Shown in pieces: positions 45,691 through 57,627 of a DNA stretch of 64,000 nucleotides (positions within the stretch are counted from its first letter, which is position 1; the number at the start of each line of letters is the position of its first letter). The notes below the pieces were generated by a model. It was not told the origin of the DNA, did not search any database, and saw only the letters and a list, made by a program, of their open reading frames with translations. Where the stretch lies: positions 1,240,001 to 1,304,000 of the forward strand of contig OZ037834.1 of assembly GCA_964035575.1 (NCBI GenBank), written 5' to 3'. This DNA comes from Rhynchopus sp. YZ270_cl-10. Taxonomy: Eukaryota. A program made the translations under genes and the position numbers.

Positions 45691-47319
45691 AAATACGAGG
45701 AACCGAAAAGGCGAAAAAAATAATATAAAAACAGGGGGAGGCAATCTTTACTCTTGTTCTGTCTGGGGGAGGTGGGGGGTAAACTTTTCTGAGGGAGGGG
45801 AAAGAGGGAGGCGGAGATACAAAAAAGGGTTGACTTTTGAAAAACACAAATCCCTCGCGTGACTGTGTACCTCGGTGCGTCAACAGTACACGGGGGAGTG
45901 GACCCGAAACCATGCTCTCACGATACTACATACTCCCGTGGATACAATAGTTGGGTAAGATGAGCCTGAACCTTTCGTGCATAGCCACTTTGAAAAATAC
46001 AGTCAATACAACAAACATCGGTAGAATAAAAAACCCTTCTTGTTGCGTGACTGCATATCTCATAACAAACACCCTTTGTATTGAAGTGTTGGCAAACACG
46101 AAACCAGAAAAAAATAAATAAAATGAAATGAAAATTTGAAAAGATGGGATGTGTCACCACGTCACACATATGGCAATATCCGAATTTAAGGAAAAATACC
46201 TTTAAAAAAAAATCGGGTTTTCAAACACACATTCACACATCTTTTCTTGAGGAATTTATGCCCTCTTATATCCCCTTACTTTTTCTTTTGCACAAAAAAA
46301 ACAAAAAACAAAACAAAAAACTTGTAAAAATGATGTACCTTCTTGTACACACACACATCGAGGAAAGTCGGAAAACTTGAAAATAGCACCCCGCTCTCTC
46401 TCTCTCTCTCTCTCTTTCTTCACCACACATTTCGAAAGCTTGAGTTCACGGGGTGCATGGAGCAAGCTATGTACAACACACGCGAAACACGCGCACACCC
46501 ACCGGACAAGCAGAATTCAGCCAGACCGGTTCTTTTGAATTACGAAAAATTCACGCACGAGGGGAGGGGATATTGAATGGGCTTTTTATGAAGTTTTTTT
46601 TTTGTTATGTTTTGCTTTGTGCTCTTGAGGGGAGGACATAGTGATAACTGTTGGTAATCACCACTTGGGAGAAACTGTTTTGACAAACTTTTTTTTTACC
46701 ATTCCTTATAGGGAACGGAGCATTGTACGGTCCTGGAAACTCCAAGAAAAATGGAGTCGGCGGGAAACCAAAGAGGAAGTTACCTTTTCCTAAACGTACA
46801 CACAACTGGCAAAAAAAAAGGGGGGAGGTGTCGTCACTCACCATCATTGAAATAACATTGCTTTACCAATGGTACACTCCAATACTGCTCAAGGGTGTGT
46901 CGGGTTTCCCCCCTCCCTCTCAATACACAAAGACAACGACACACTGCGACTTTGCGTTGGGCTGCAATGAGAGCAAATATACAAAACGTACGCAGGAAGA
47001 AGACACCACGCCCTCTCTTCTTATGTTGTTCCAACAAATGTGTTGAGGGGTATGAGTTTCTTTTTCTTCTTTTGGAAACTTGCTTGTATTAGTGTAGCCA
47101 CCCTAGAGTGTGTGCTCCACTATACTAGATATTCTTTTCTTCATGAATCGCAAAAAAAAAAAATACAAAGCGCGCAAAGAGCCAAAAATAATGCAACGAG
47201 GCTTTTCCCTTTTTTTCGAAAAAGAAACAAACAAAAAAAATTCGTCTGTGATAGACACAGAGAGAGTGGCTATATTTTTTTTTGTAACTTTTAAGATATT
47301 TTTTTGCCAGTTTTTTTTT

Positions 47320-47399
47320 GTTGTGTCGACAATCACCTGCTAGTGCAGGATCTGTACTCAATGTCGCCCGAAGGCTATTGTACTTAAAAGATATAGACG
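47320..47399 (-). repeat. Poly(A)-ended structured repeat (family E)
   Basis: Ends ...GATTGTCGACACAAC(A)n on the minus strand. Relatives at ~12008, 21321, 23393, 28603, 29881, 54616 and 55815. Confidence 0.75.
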
Positions 47400-47666
47400 G
47401 AGGTCGTCCTCAACTCTGGAAAGTCGCTTTTATTTGTTGTTTATGCATTCGAGTGCTGTAATATACACAAAAGTTGCATCATCAAAGTTTGGGGGATAGG
47501 GTGGGTTAAAGGGGTCACGTGAGAAAATAAAGTAGTTGGTTTAGAAATTCAGTACATCATGTTTCAGTCCTAACTGCATACATTGGTAGCATCAGAGGGG
47601 GACATCGTCAGACAAACCTTATCCTATCCCTCCCCAATATCCCCTAACACACCTCCCTTTTTCCTA

Positions 47667-48698
47667 TCACTCTGCAACACTTGGGAGAAGGGGGTGTGGT
47701 GCCTTTCCTGTTGCCTGTTCTTGGAGAGGGGAAAAACGTTCAGGCTTGCGAGAACGCCACCAACAGAATACGCCAAGGAGGACTACAACGAGCCATACAA
47801 AGCCTGCCAAGGCACTGAGGTACACTCCGGGGAGCACCCCACCCCATCGCTTATATTTCGGGGCCGGGGTTGGGGTGCTGATGGTGAGGACACCATCGCA
47901 GGGGTCCACCCCTGAGCGCATCGCGTTTGTTACTAAGAGGTGGGTAACGTTCTCCAGCTTGAATGCCAGCAACGATTCGCCTCCTGCGTTAACATCCAAT
48001 ACGGCCACTTTCTTATTCGCACTGTACATAGTCTCTGCGATCAACACTACCGCACACCCGGCATCATTCTTCACAACAACATACTCCTCCTTCTGCAACG
48101 CCTCTGGGATTAAAAAGATCCGTTGCGAATCCGCCTTCAACTGCACCCCAGCGATACTATGCTTCTCCTCTAAGCTGACAAGACTAAAGGGAAATGGGGG
48201 TGTTTGGAGCGCATTTTTGAGTGCATCTTCTCCAGAAAAGCTGAGAAGAACAGAGGTGTTGAGCAGGGTACGGGGTATTTGCGCGCGGAGTACGGTCGCA
48301 CCGTGTTCAAACGAGAGAGAGGAGGTGATCAACTCTAGACCACGTGGCGAGCATTCTGCTGTGTATCCTAGAGAAGCGCTGTAGGTGCAGGTGACGGAGT
48401 GTGCGCCGACCGCAATGGAGAGGGACTGCCAGAAGCCGGTGGCGGCGAGCGCGAGGGAGACGGTTTCGTTTCCTTCCTCCTCCGAGCCAGCGCTCCAATG
48501 CAGTGCGCAGGTCGCATCGATTGGTGCGTAACATTCAAACATCGCCCCCGCAGTGCTATTAGATCCTGCCCCCGCCACAGCGTTCCCATAATACAGAGAA
48601 TACAAATCCTGCTCGTAAACAAACGATGGTGTACACAACGGCCCATCCCCAAGCGAATCTGCCAAAGCAAGAACCGAGGCAAAAAGGACAACAGTCAT
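47667..48698 (-). CDS. Type I membrane protein (signal peptide, C-terminal TM); faint DOMON-like start
   Basis: 343-aa ORF; N-terminal hydrophobic stretch; TM YLSALAGFVWLVVVLLGVFCWW followed by a basic stop-transfer segment. Confidence 0.8.
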   Translation of the reverse strand: MTVVLFASVLALADSLGDGPLCTPSFVYEQDLYSLYYGNAVAGAGSNSTAGAMFECYAPIDATCALHWSAGSEEEGNETVSLALAATGFWQSLSIAVGAHSVTCTYSASLGYTAECSPRGLELITSSLSFEHGATVLRAQIPRTLLNTSVLLSFSGEDALKNALQTPPFPFSLVSLEEKHSIAGVQLKADSQRIFLIPEALQKEEYVVVKNDAGCAVVLIAETMYSANKKVAVLDVNAGGESLLAFKLENVTHLLVTNAMRSGVDPCDGVLTISTPTPAPKYKRWGGVLPGVYLSALAGFVWLVVVLLGVFCWWRSRKPERFSPLQEQATGKAPHPLLPSVAE

Positions 48699-49019
48699 TT
48701 TTTTTAAGGATATTTGGGGGGGGTATGAGGGGGGAAAAGGGGTGTGGGTGGTGCCCGTTGTGTACCTTATGGGGGGAGGGGGGGTTTTGAATTGAAGTTT
48801 TGTTGTGGAGGAGGGGGTGGAGGAAAAAGTGGAGGAGTTGGGGTAGAGGTGTGATAAAAAAAAAGGGGGAAATTGGGAGAATGGAGACTGTCTTGAATTC
48901 TATTGTACTATGTGTTGATCTAAAATACGTTCTAGGATGGGAGGGATTGGGTAGGGAAGGGGGGTCGGGGGGTTATTTTTATTTTTCAAAAATAAAAAAA
49001 AATAAAAGGGTAGTAAGGA

Positions 49020-49144
49020 TGATGTGATCACCCAAACGGATTCTCCGTGGTTCCCCCGAAGGTGCTCCGCAAAATCTTAATATAGCCCGAAACAGTTCTC
49101 CCGTGGTTCTTCCGTGGGTTGTCCGTACCCCTTGAATCACACCA
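49020..49144. mobile_element. 125-bp TG..CA element with 5-bp TSD
   Basis: TSD AAGGA on both sides; homolog of 26253-26377 with identical length. Confidence 0.85.
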
Positions 49145-49525
49145 AAGGACCTGCAAAGTCCCTGATTATGGTACCTACCCCCCCCAATACCATTTATAAT
49201 TTCCTTTTCAATAATTTTGTTGGTTGAGTGCAACTGCCATACGACAGCCTTTCACCTTTTTTGAAGTGGTGTCTAATCACCACTGCAAAACTTTGTGCGT
49301 AAAGTGTGTAGCGTATATTCTGTGTTGATATTTTTTTTTGCAATACGCTCCCACTGACTACCTGGCCGTGAAGAGGAAACCTCTTTCAGGCTTCAAATAA
49401 AAATTGAAATACAAAGCCCTCTCTTGGCAGTGCAGCTAAAAGAAGGGTTTATAAGATGAACCTAAGCCTCTCGTGTTTAGTCACCTTTTAAAAGACCACT
49501 TTGTGGTTGGGAAGAGGGGGGAGGG

Positions 49526-49659
49526 TAATGGTGGCAGTATTGTGGCGGGAGCCCATTGGAATACGCAAAAATACATCAAAATACAACATGTGTATTGTGA
49601 TGTATTTTGCTGTATTTTACGTATTCCAATGGACTCCCATCACAATACTGCCACCATTA
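49526..49659. repeat. Long imperfect palindrome (MITE-like)
   Basis: TAATGGTGGCAGTATTGTG ... CACAATACTGCCACCATTA. Similar stand-alone hairpins at 31201-31307 and 53803-53946. Confidence 0.75.
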
Positions 49660-50023
49660 GGGCAGAGGGAAGGAGTTTGGATGGAAAAGGAAGCGCTTCT
49701 GTTAGTGCATTCACACTGTTTCGCTGGGAGGGGAAGAGCTGCCGCGTAGTTTAAATACCACACTACACCATACCACCAAAAGACGCCCGCTAGCAAAAAA
49801 AAAGAAGAAGTGAAATTGTTAATACAACGACTGACCCACAATGTCAGCCCCTGATGAAAAGCACAAAGGATCCAATAAAGTACTAAATTTTTCGTCATGG
49901 ATCTGCACAGACAGGCGCAAAGTTACAGTAAAATACGTCGGCTCATCGGTGACTTACAACGCCTTTTTACACTGCATTATTTTCCCTTTAAAAAAAAGCA
50001 AGAAAAAGCAAAAGAAAACACAT

Positions 50024-51334
50024 CTACTCCCCTTCTGAGTCACCTAGCCTTTCAGACTCACAGGACATATCATCAAAGCTAAACAACGGGTCTCCCTTCT
50101 TCTTCTTCGCCGCAGCCTTCTTCACCGTCTTTTTCACCGCCTTTTTGCCACTCATCTTCTTCTTCTTCCCCTCCACTTCTATCTTCCGTTTTTTCTTTTC
50201 TGGTGCTTCCTTAGGTTCTTCCGCACCCCGCTTTACTCTGGGAATCGCTCCGGCTGCGGAAAGGAATGCAAGATTTCTTCCAACCGGGTTGGAATTGACT
50301 GAGAAGAGATCGGTGTCGAGTTGATCTTCCTTCTTTGCCCTGCTTTTTGCTGGAATGAGACCCCTTTCAGTGAGCGCTGTGTTCAGAGCCTCGTCTGAGA
50401 GCTCTTCGGGGTCAATCTCATCTGGGTTGAGGTGGAGTTCCATTCTGTTGTGCAGATCTTCTAAAGAGCCTTTGATGGGCAAATTCGCGTCGAGCATTAC
50501 CTTAACCAATGATGAGCGACTGATTTTCCTGATATCTACCCTTGGAGCCACGTAGCCAAATGGTCCGGTAGGTGCGGCTGCATAAGGTGACCGCAGTGCC
50601 TTCGGTTTGGTTGTCTTTACGACAGCTTCTTCGGAAGAATCATCATCAAAGCGGAGAGACGACACTACACCATGCAAATGATTCGTCAACCGTTCACGCA
50701 CCTCTTTAATGAGACCGTCTGTAGAAAGCCCAGCCTCCTTAAGATGCTCTCGAACCGTAAGATGCGGTAGTGCACGAATCGCGCTTTTTGTCAGCTTCGT
50801 TTTCTTCTCCGGAGTATCAAACAACGGTGCAGGGGAGTACAAACCTGTTGTCCCCTTTTCCGGTTTTTTTCCAATCAAAGCTTTTTCAAGGCGATTTCTA
50901 AGGGCAACGACTCCCCCGGTTGTTGCCAAACCCCGTGCACGCAGCTCCACCCGCAGCTCCGTCACAGAAAGCTGCGTGGTGTCCAGATTCACCGGGGTTG
51001 TAGTAAAGATTGATGCCGTCGCGTCCCCTTCCTTCACCCTCTCCTGTGCAGCCTTGATGCGCGCCTGGACAACCGCCTCTTCCTCTTCTCTTTGCGCAGC
51101 CGCGTAGTCGAAGGCCTCAGTACCCCATACGTTAGAAGGATTTCCTGGACGGAACGTCGCCGTCTCCGTCGGCGAGGAAACAATCCGCACCGACTTCTTC
51201 CGCCCAACAGGGGTCCCCGGGGTCCCAGGAGGGGACAGAATTGAGACCGGTACCCTCACTGCAGACGGCGCTGGGGTTGAAACACGTTGGTTCTCCTTTC
51301 CAGTCTTCACAGATACATCGCCTTTTGACTCCAT
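50024..51334 (-). CDS. Multi-SAP-domain protein with Lys-rich C-terminus
   Basis: Likely ATG at 51334 (MESKGD). LSVTELRVELRARGLATTGGVVALRNRL is a canonical SAP motif; three weaker repeats follow. Confidence 0.8.
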   Translation of the reverse strand: MESKGDVSVKTGKENQRVSTPAPSAVRVPVSILSPPGTPGTPVGRKKSVRIVSSPTETATFRPGNPSNVWGTEAFDYAAAQREEEEAVVQARIKAAQERVKEGDATASIFTTTPVNLDTTQLSVTELRVELRARGLATTGGVVALRNRLEKALIGKKPEKGTTGLYSPAPLFDTPEKKTKLTKSAIRALPHLTVREHLKEAGLSTDGLIKEVRERLTNHLHGVVSSLRFDDDSSEEAVVKTTKPKALRSPYAAAPTGPFGYVAPRVDIRKISRSSLVKVMLDANLPIKGSLEDLHNRMELHLNPDEIDPEELSDEALNTALTERGLIPAKSRAKKEDQLDTDLFSVNSNPVGRNLAFLSAAGAIPRVKRGAEEPKEAPEKKKRKIEVEGKKKKMSGKKAVKKTVKKAAAKKKKGDPLFSFDDMSCESERLGDSEGE

Positions 51335-54300
51335 TTTCTTTTGTGAAAGTTTTGCGGGAAGAGAGGGGGAAGGGGGAAGGAGGGAAGGGGAAGGGGGGTT
51401 TGAGTAAACCCGCAAAGATCTGAAGGGTGCGAAAAAAGGGTGGTGGTGGTGAGGGATTTGATGCATCAAAAAGTGAATTTGCCGTGAATAGAGAAGCTCT
51501 GGGGGTTGTGGAGGTACAGAACAAAAAAAGTTGGCTTGAAATACAACACAGCCCTCGGTGAGAAGGAGTACGGTGCCACGAGGCAATCCAGGGTGGTTTT
51601 GGAGTCTCATCAAGAGGGCGAATGTATTTTTTTTTTGTTTCGGTAGTAAAACAAAGTGAAGTCATGCAGGCACACCTCCGACTAACCCACAGTACGATGC
51701 CATCTGGATGAAAGCACAAAAACTACCCTGCGGCCAACAGAAGAAGAATAAAGATTAAGATATCATTTTCAATCGAAAAGATGGAGTTTTATCAACAGAA
51801 GAAGAAGAAGAAGAAGAAGAAGAAATAACAAAATGGGGGTGTCCTTGCATTTGAGTTTAAGATTCTTGGATTTTTTTTTTAGGAGGTTTTTTTTTTCTTC
51901 TTTTTTTTTTTTTTTTTGCCTTGGGGAAGAGCACAAAGGGGGGGGAAAAGAAAAGACTATAACAACAGTTGGAAAGGTTGAAGAAAAGAAAAGAAAAAAC
52001 AAAAAAACCAAAACGGAAAACTTTTTTTTGAAATGAATGGATGCGGTCTTGATACTAGACTTGACACATCTGAACGACGATGATATAAAAGCGAAGAAAT
52101 AAAACTGTAGCGCACCACCAAAAAGGGTTTTTTGAAAGATGAATTCTGCCTCATCTACACCATCCTTCAAAAAATTTGACAAATCTTGATTTTTAAGACT
52201 CACGAAAATAGCATCCAAAACTTCAAAAAAAAAAAAGGGGGGGAAACGTGGACACGATGGCCAGTTTGATGTGGGAGAGCGTCAAAAAAAAAAAAGTGGA
52301 CGAAAATACTGGTTGAGAATTACTCTCCAAAAAAACGTCAAAATTTTTTATGCCCTCCCGCTCAAACTGGCCACCGTGGAGGGGGGGGCGGAGAAGGGGG
52401 AATGAAGAAAGGTTTTATAGGAATCTATCTAAGCCTCTCATGCTTAGCCAACCTGATCACGAATCGTTGTCGAACGAACTAGCAATGGTAATCAATGGAA
52501 AATGCTCATCCTATACGAGGGGAAAAGACGGTGGGGAAATCGAAGGGGTGTCGGAACACCCGTGTAGTGGGGGAATTGACAAAAAATCGTCAAGAGAAAA
52601 GGAAAAAGAAAAAAGAAAAAAAAAAAAAAAAAACTAAATTTCATATACTTTCTTCAAAGAAAGAGAAAGCACACAAAGAAGAAAAGAGAAAAAGTTTATA
52701 AGATGAACCTAAGCCTCGTGCTCAGTCATCCTGGGAAGAAAAAAAAAATTAGATTCATGTACTTTCCATTAGAGAAATAGAAAAGCAGTTGAGAAAGAAA
52801 ATACCATACTTAAAAGATGAATCTAAGCCTATCACGCTATAGTCACCCAAAAGAAGAAAATAAAAAAAAAAATCTGAAAGTGCGAGCATCTCTGCAGACA
52901 CAGGCACTGCTGAAAAAAAAAATAAGGGAATGGTTATTAATGCAGACACCCCAACTGACCCACGTACGATGTCGGCCATGGATGAAAGCATAAGTACCCT
53001 CAAAAAAAAAGGGGGGGTAGAACGACAAAATGCTCGTGGACCCACCTTCAAAAGAGAGAGAGAAAAGTTTAACAATCCCAAGCAAAAGGCGATCTGTAGG
53101 GTAGAGAACTAATACCGTATTCGTAAAAGAATTATCGATCGTAACAAAGGCTGAACTACCAGAAAAATCTTGAAAAAGGTCGCACATTTATACGATTGAT
53201 ATAATTTTTGTACGAATACTGTAAAAATAACAAAATAACAAAATAACAAAATGCAATTTAAATACCAACTCATTCTTGACCTTTTGGGTAACCAGGCGAC
53301 GCCGGCCAAAAGTAACAACCCAGAATGAGAGCAGTTTACCCCCCTTTTTTTTTCAAAAAATAAACAAATAAGGAAATTCATCCCTTTCCTCTCATCACGC
53401 TTATGCTTTTCCCGGTCTGTACTGAACGGGAAATATGCTTGTATACCAAGCGCATGCTGAGACATACGGTGGAAAGGGTTTAGTCTCCTTAACACGAAGC
53501 GCACACAGAAACAAGAACCATACGTAGAGAAAGAAATAAAAAGAAAAAGAGAGAGAGAAAGAGAGAGAGAGAGTGTGTGTGTGTTCTCTATAAAAGCGAA
53601 GGGTACAAATGTTTTGTCACGTTTTGCAAAAAATGAAAAATAAAAAATAGAGAGAAGTTGAAAGTGCAAGCGCCTCACCGTATATCGGCGGACGCAGGGC
53701 ACTGGTTCTCTGGGTAAAAAAACAAAACAAAACAAAACGAGACGTGCTTTCAAAAAAAAAAAAAAAAAAAAAAAACATTTTTTTTTTGCTAATACCAATG
53801 CACACCATGGATTCATCAGGACAATACGAGCGTTATGACGTCGTAATTACGAGGGGGGTGCCCGCGTCATGACGACGTATTGCGATAATTTCCCCACGTT
53901 TTTTCCTTCGTCGCTCGTCACGTAATGTCCTTACGAGTCCATGGTGCAAACACCCCGAGGGGTGGTGCACTAATACTATTTAAAAAAAATGCGCTTTTAT
54001 GAGATGTTGTGATTGATTTTTTTTTTTTTTTTTTTTTCTCTCCTCCTCTTTGCTTTTTTTTTTTTTGAGATCGCGTTCTATACCATATCAGAAAAGGGTA
54101 ATATTACACAGGGAAAAAGAAGAAGAAGAAGAAGAAGAGGAAAAAAAGGGTTGTAAGATGAATGTGCCTCTCGTGCATACACACATCTACAAAAAAAAAA
54201 AACAACCGCAACAGCAGTTGAGAGTATTGCCTTGGATGTGTCAAGAATCAGATTTAAAAAAAAAAGAAGAAAAAGAAAACGACTTCAGGATATGACAATT

Positions 54301-55039
54301 TAACGAAAAAGAAAAAAAAAACACTTTTTTTTTTTCGGTTATCGCACCGCAAAAGGCTTTGTGCATTTTTTTCACTGCAGAATAATGTGTGAGGTATGCG
54401 TCAGTGAAGAAAAAACCCAATCCTCTTAGACGGGCACGCACCATCCGTCGTTTTCCATTTCTATTTCGGCAATGTTAGATAAACCCCCCCCAAAAAAAAA
54501 ATTTGTGTTGTCAACCGCTCAAAGCATAGGGAGGGGAGGGAGCAAAGCGAAAGCCTTGTTCCTAGTCAGAGTGCTCTGCGGAGTGAAGGTGTTTTGTTTT
54601 TTTTTTTTTGTTTTTGTTGTGTCGACAATCGCCGAGTAAACCCACCAGGTGGGAGAATTCGGGTCTGTACTATTTTTTTTTTTACATTTTATTTTGCAGT
54701 GTCCCCCTCCCCCCCCATCCAAGAGACGTTGATTTTTTTTTTTTTTGTGCAAAACCCTTCATCGGATCAACAAAACAAAGTGAAGTTGATAACGTACAGA
54801 GACACCTCTGGAACCTCATCCCACCTTTATAACAAGCTGCAAAAAACCTGGAAAAGGCTCCGTTCAAAAAAAAAATTCGCAATAGAAAAGAAGAAAAAGA
54901 AGAAGTGAAGTAGATACTGCAAGACGCCTGTAGGGGGACGCAAGCACACCAACATTCTGTAGAGGTTCTCGAAACCCCCCAGAGTGCTGCGAGAGCTGTA
55001 CTATCCCCCCCACCAGAGCGCTGTATTACAGATTTGCTT

Positions 55040-55077
<38 letters not shown>

Positions 55078-56500
55078 GAAAGCAGGCACAGTCATTTCCC
55101 CCAATCCGCTTGGGAAGGGGTGATTACATGTTTTTTTAAAAGACTCAAGAGAAAGAAAAAAACAAGAGAAAGCTTATTAAGACGAACTTAAGCATCACTG
55201 TGCATAAGCCATCTAAAAAGACCTCACCCAAATCTCCTCTGGGTCTTAGGGAAGAAATGGGGAGAAAAATCAGGAAAGAACAGTTTTAGGTGTGGAACCT
55301 AAAAACTTTGCGGGGTTGGTCGCCTTAAGAGGAGGGGGGTTTTTTGTGAGGGGTGAGTTGACTGAAATACAATACCCTGTGCCCATATCCTATAATAGGA
55401 TCTAGGCAGACGAACTGAGCTAGCTCAACGTCTTCTTGTGTAGACAACCCCACTCACCGTGTCGCAATAAAGTTCGCAGTAACTTCCAACAAAATAAAAA
55501 TTAAAAAACAAAAAACAAAAACCATACACAAAATAAAAAAAAAGTTTATAAGATGAACCAAGCCTAACATGCTTAGCCACCTTTAAAAAGAAGAGAAAAC
55601 TCCAAAGGGGGGAAACGTGCTTCCTCGGCACAAAAAAAAAACATTGCTTTTTATGGGAATCTTTTGGTTTAGCATTTCGTACAGTTTGTCTTTTTAGAAA
55701 GAAAAAAACTGTACGAACTGGCCGCTTTGGCTTGCGTCTGTAAGGACTGCCTTGAGTAGATACTTTCTGTATTAGCGCACGATTGATCGCCTTTTTAGAA
55801 GGCACGCAACTTACTGTATCGACACTCTGCCTAAGTACCTACCCCCCAGATGGGGGTAGCTATTCATAGACAAAGCGCGATAGGTCTTTTGTGCCGTACG
55901 GAAGGTATAGACGTAGGTTTTCGTCCTGAGCTTCTTCGAGAAGCTTAAGAAAAAAAAATTTTTAATTGTTTGGTTCTATCAGATGTCATGTGAAACACAC
56001 ATCATCATGAATGTGTTTCACTGTACCATACACGCAAAAAAAAAAAGGTGGACCAAAAAAAAAAAAAAAAAAATCACCTAGATGGTGCTCCGGGAGGGGT
56101 CGATATTGACAGGCCGCTGACACAGGGACTCTATACACACACCCCCTGATATTGACAGGTCGCCGACAGGTCACTGACAAAGGTCGTTGACCGACTTCCG
56201 AAAGCACCACTAGAGGGGAAAAAAAAAAGTGGTGCAGTCCATATCTTACAGTGTACGATAACTATTTTATTTTGGTCGTTTGAATGCTCCACTCTGCTAC
56301 GGGTGGACGCATTAGTGAAAGGTGTGGAGGTGTAAATATAAAGGTGGTATTTGACGGTGGGGCTAAGAGAGAAAAAATCACTCAACGAAAAAAGTGCACA
56401 GAGATAGAAAACCTGTACCATGAGCTACGCCTTTTACATCTCGAGGTGCACAATACGTCTCTTAAAAAAGACGCACGTCAAAAAAAAAAAGGAAAAAAAA

Positions 56501-56940
56501 CAAGTAATTGCTATCGGAAAAAAAACGGGGTGTGATGTGGAACTCCATCCTGTAGAAATAATCTACAACACGCCCAGCATTCTGCTCTTCTGCAGGTATG
56601 CTAACGCTCTTCGTACGCTGCCAGACCCACTGGGACGCCAGCATCTGAAACGTTCAAGAAGAGGGGGCTGTCCTCTTCGTCCAGCACCATCTGCTCGATA
56701 GCGTTGTTGGACGTCGGCTCGGCAGGCTCGGCGTGTTCCAGCTCGTTTTTGTCCACAGGCTCCCCACATTGTCGTCGTCGTTGGAGCAGTGCGGAAGGAA
56801 CACAGAATGCACAGACTACAACACATCGATCACACCAGGCACATCAGCACCTCCAGCAAATCGCCAGGATGCTACGGTGGTTTCGAAAAGCGCGCGGAGT
56901 TTTCCACAGCACACCCCGCTTTTTTCTTAGCAATTACTTG
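56501..56940. mobile_element. 440-bp element with ~47-bp imperfect TIRs
   Basis: CAAGTAATTGCTA...GGGGTGTG.TGTGGAA.CTCC is mirrored at the right end; TSD not resolved. Confidence 0.7.
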
Positions 56941-57046
56941 TCCTTGTTGTTATTGTTGTTTTCAACCACCTTCCTTCAACCCTTGTAGGATCAGTTGGTA
57001 TTTTTTTCGCGAAAACATGAAATTACACATTTCAAGAGAACAAATT

Positions 57047-57577
57047 AAAAAGGGTCCTTATTTGCATTTTTGGGCTCCGCCCGTGCAGTGGTGGGGTCAA
57101 TCTCGAAAATTGGACAATTTTTTGAGCACTTAAATTTTGAGAAATATGAGCCCGGTTCCTTATACGTGGGGCCCATTTTCAGCTAAAATTTTCCTCAAAA
57201 TCTGGTTTTGTAAAATTGACCCTTTCCCCCCCCCCCCACATCGATTTCAATACTATACCTTACTTCACCTACGGTTCCCCTTACAGGGGGGGTGAAGGAA
57301 GGTAAGTTGAAAAAAGGGTCCTTATTTGCATTTTTGGGCTCCGCCCGTGCAGTGGTGGGGTCAATCTCGAAAATTGGACAATTTTTTGACCACTTAAATT
57401 TTGAGAAATATGAGCCCGGTTCCTTATACGTGGGGCCCATTTTCAGCTAAAATTTTCCTCAAAATCTGGTTTTGTAAAATTGACCCTTTCCCCCCCCCCC
57501 CACATCGATTTCAATACTATACCTTACTTCACCTACGGTTCCCCTTACAGGGGGGGTGAAGGAAGGTAAGTTGAAAA
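57047..57577. repeat. Tandem duplication, 264-bp period
   Basis: Two copies, with one substitution seen (GAGCAC/GACCAC). Confidence 0.95.
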
Positions 57578-57627
57578 GGGAAAAGTTTATCATATGACCC
57601 TAAGCCTCTGAATAATGTAATTATATT

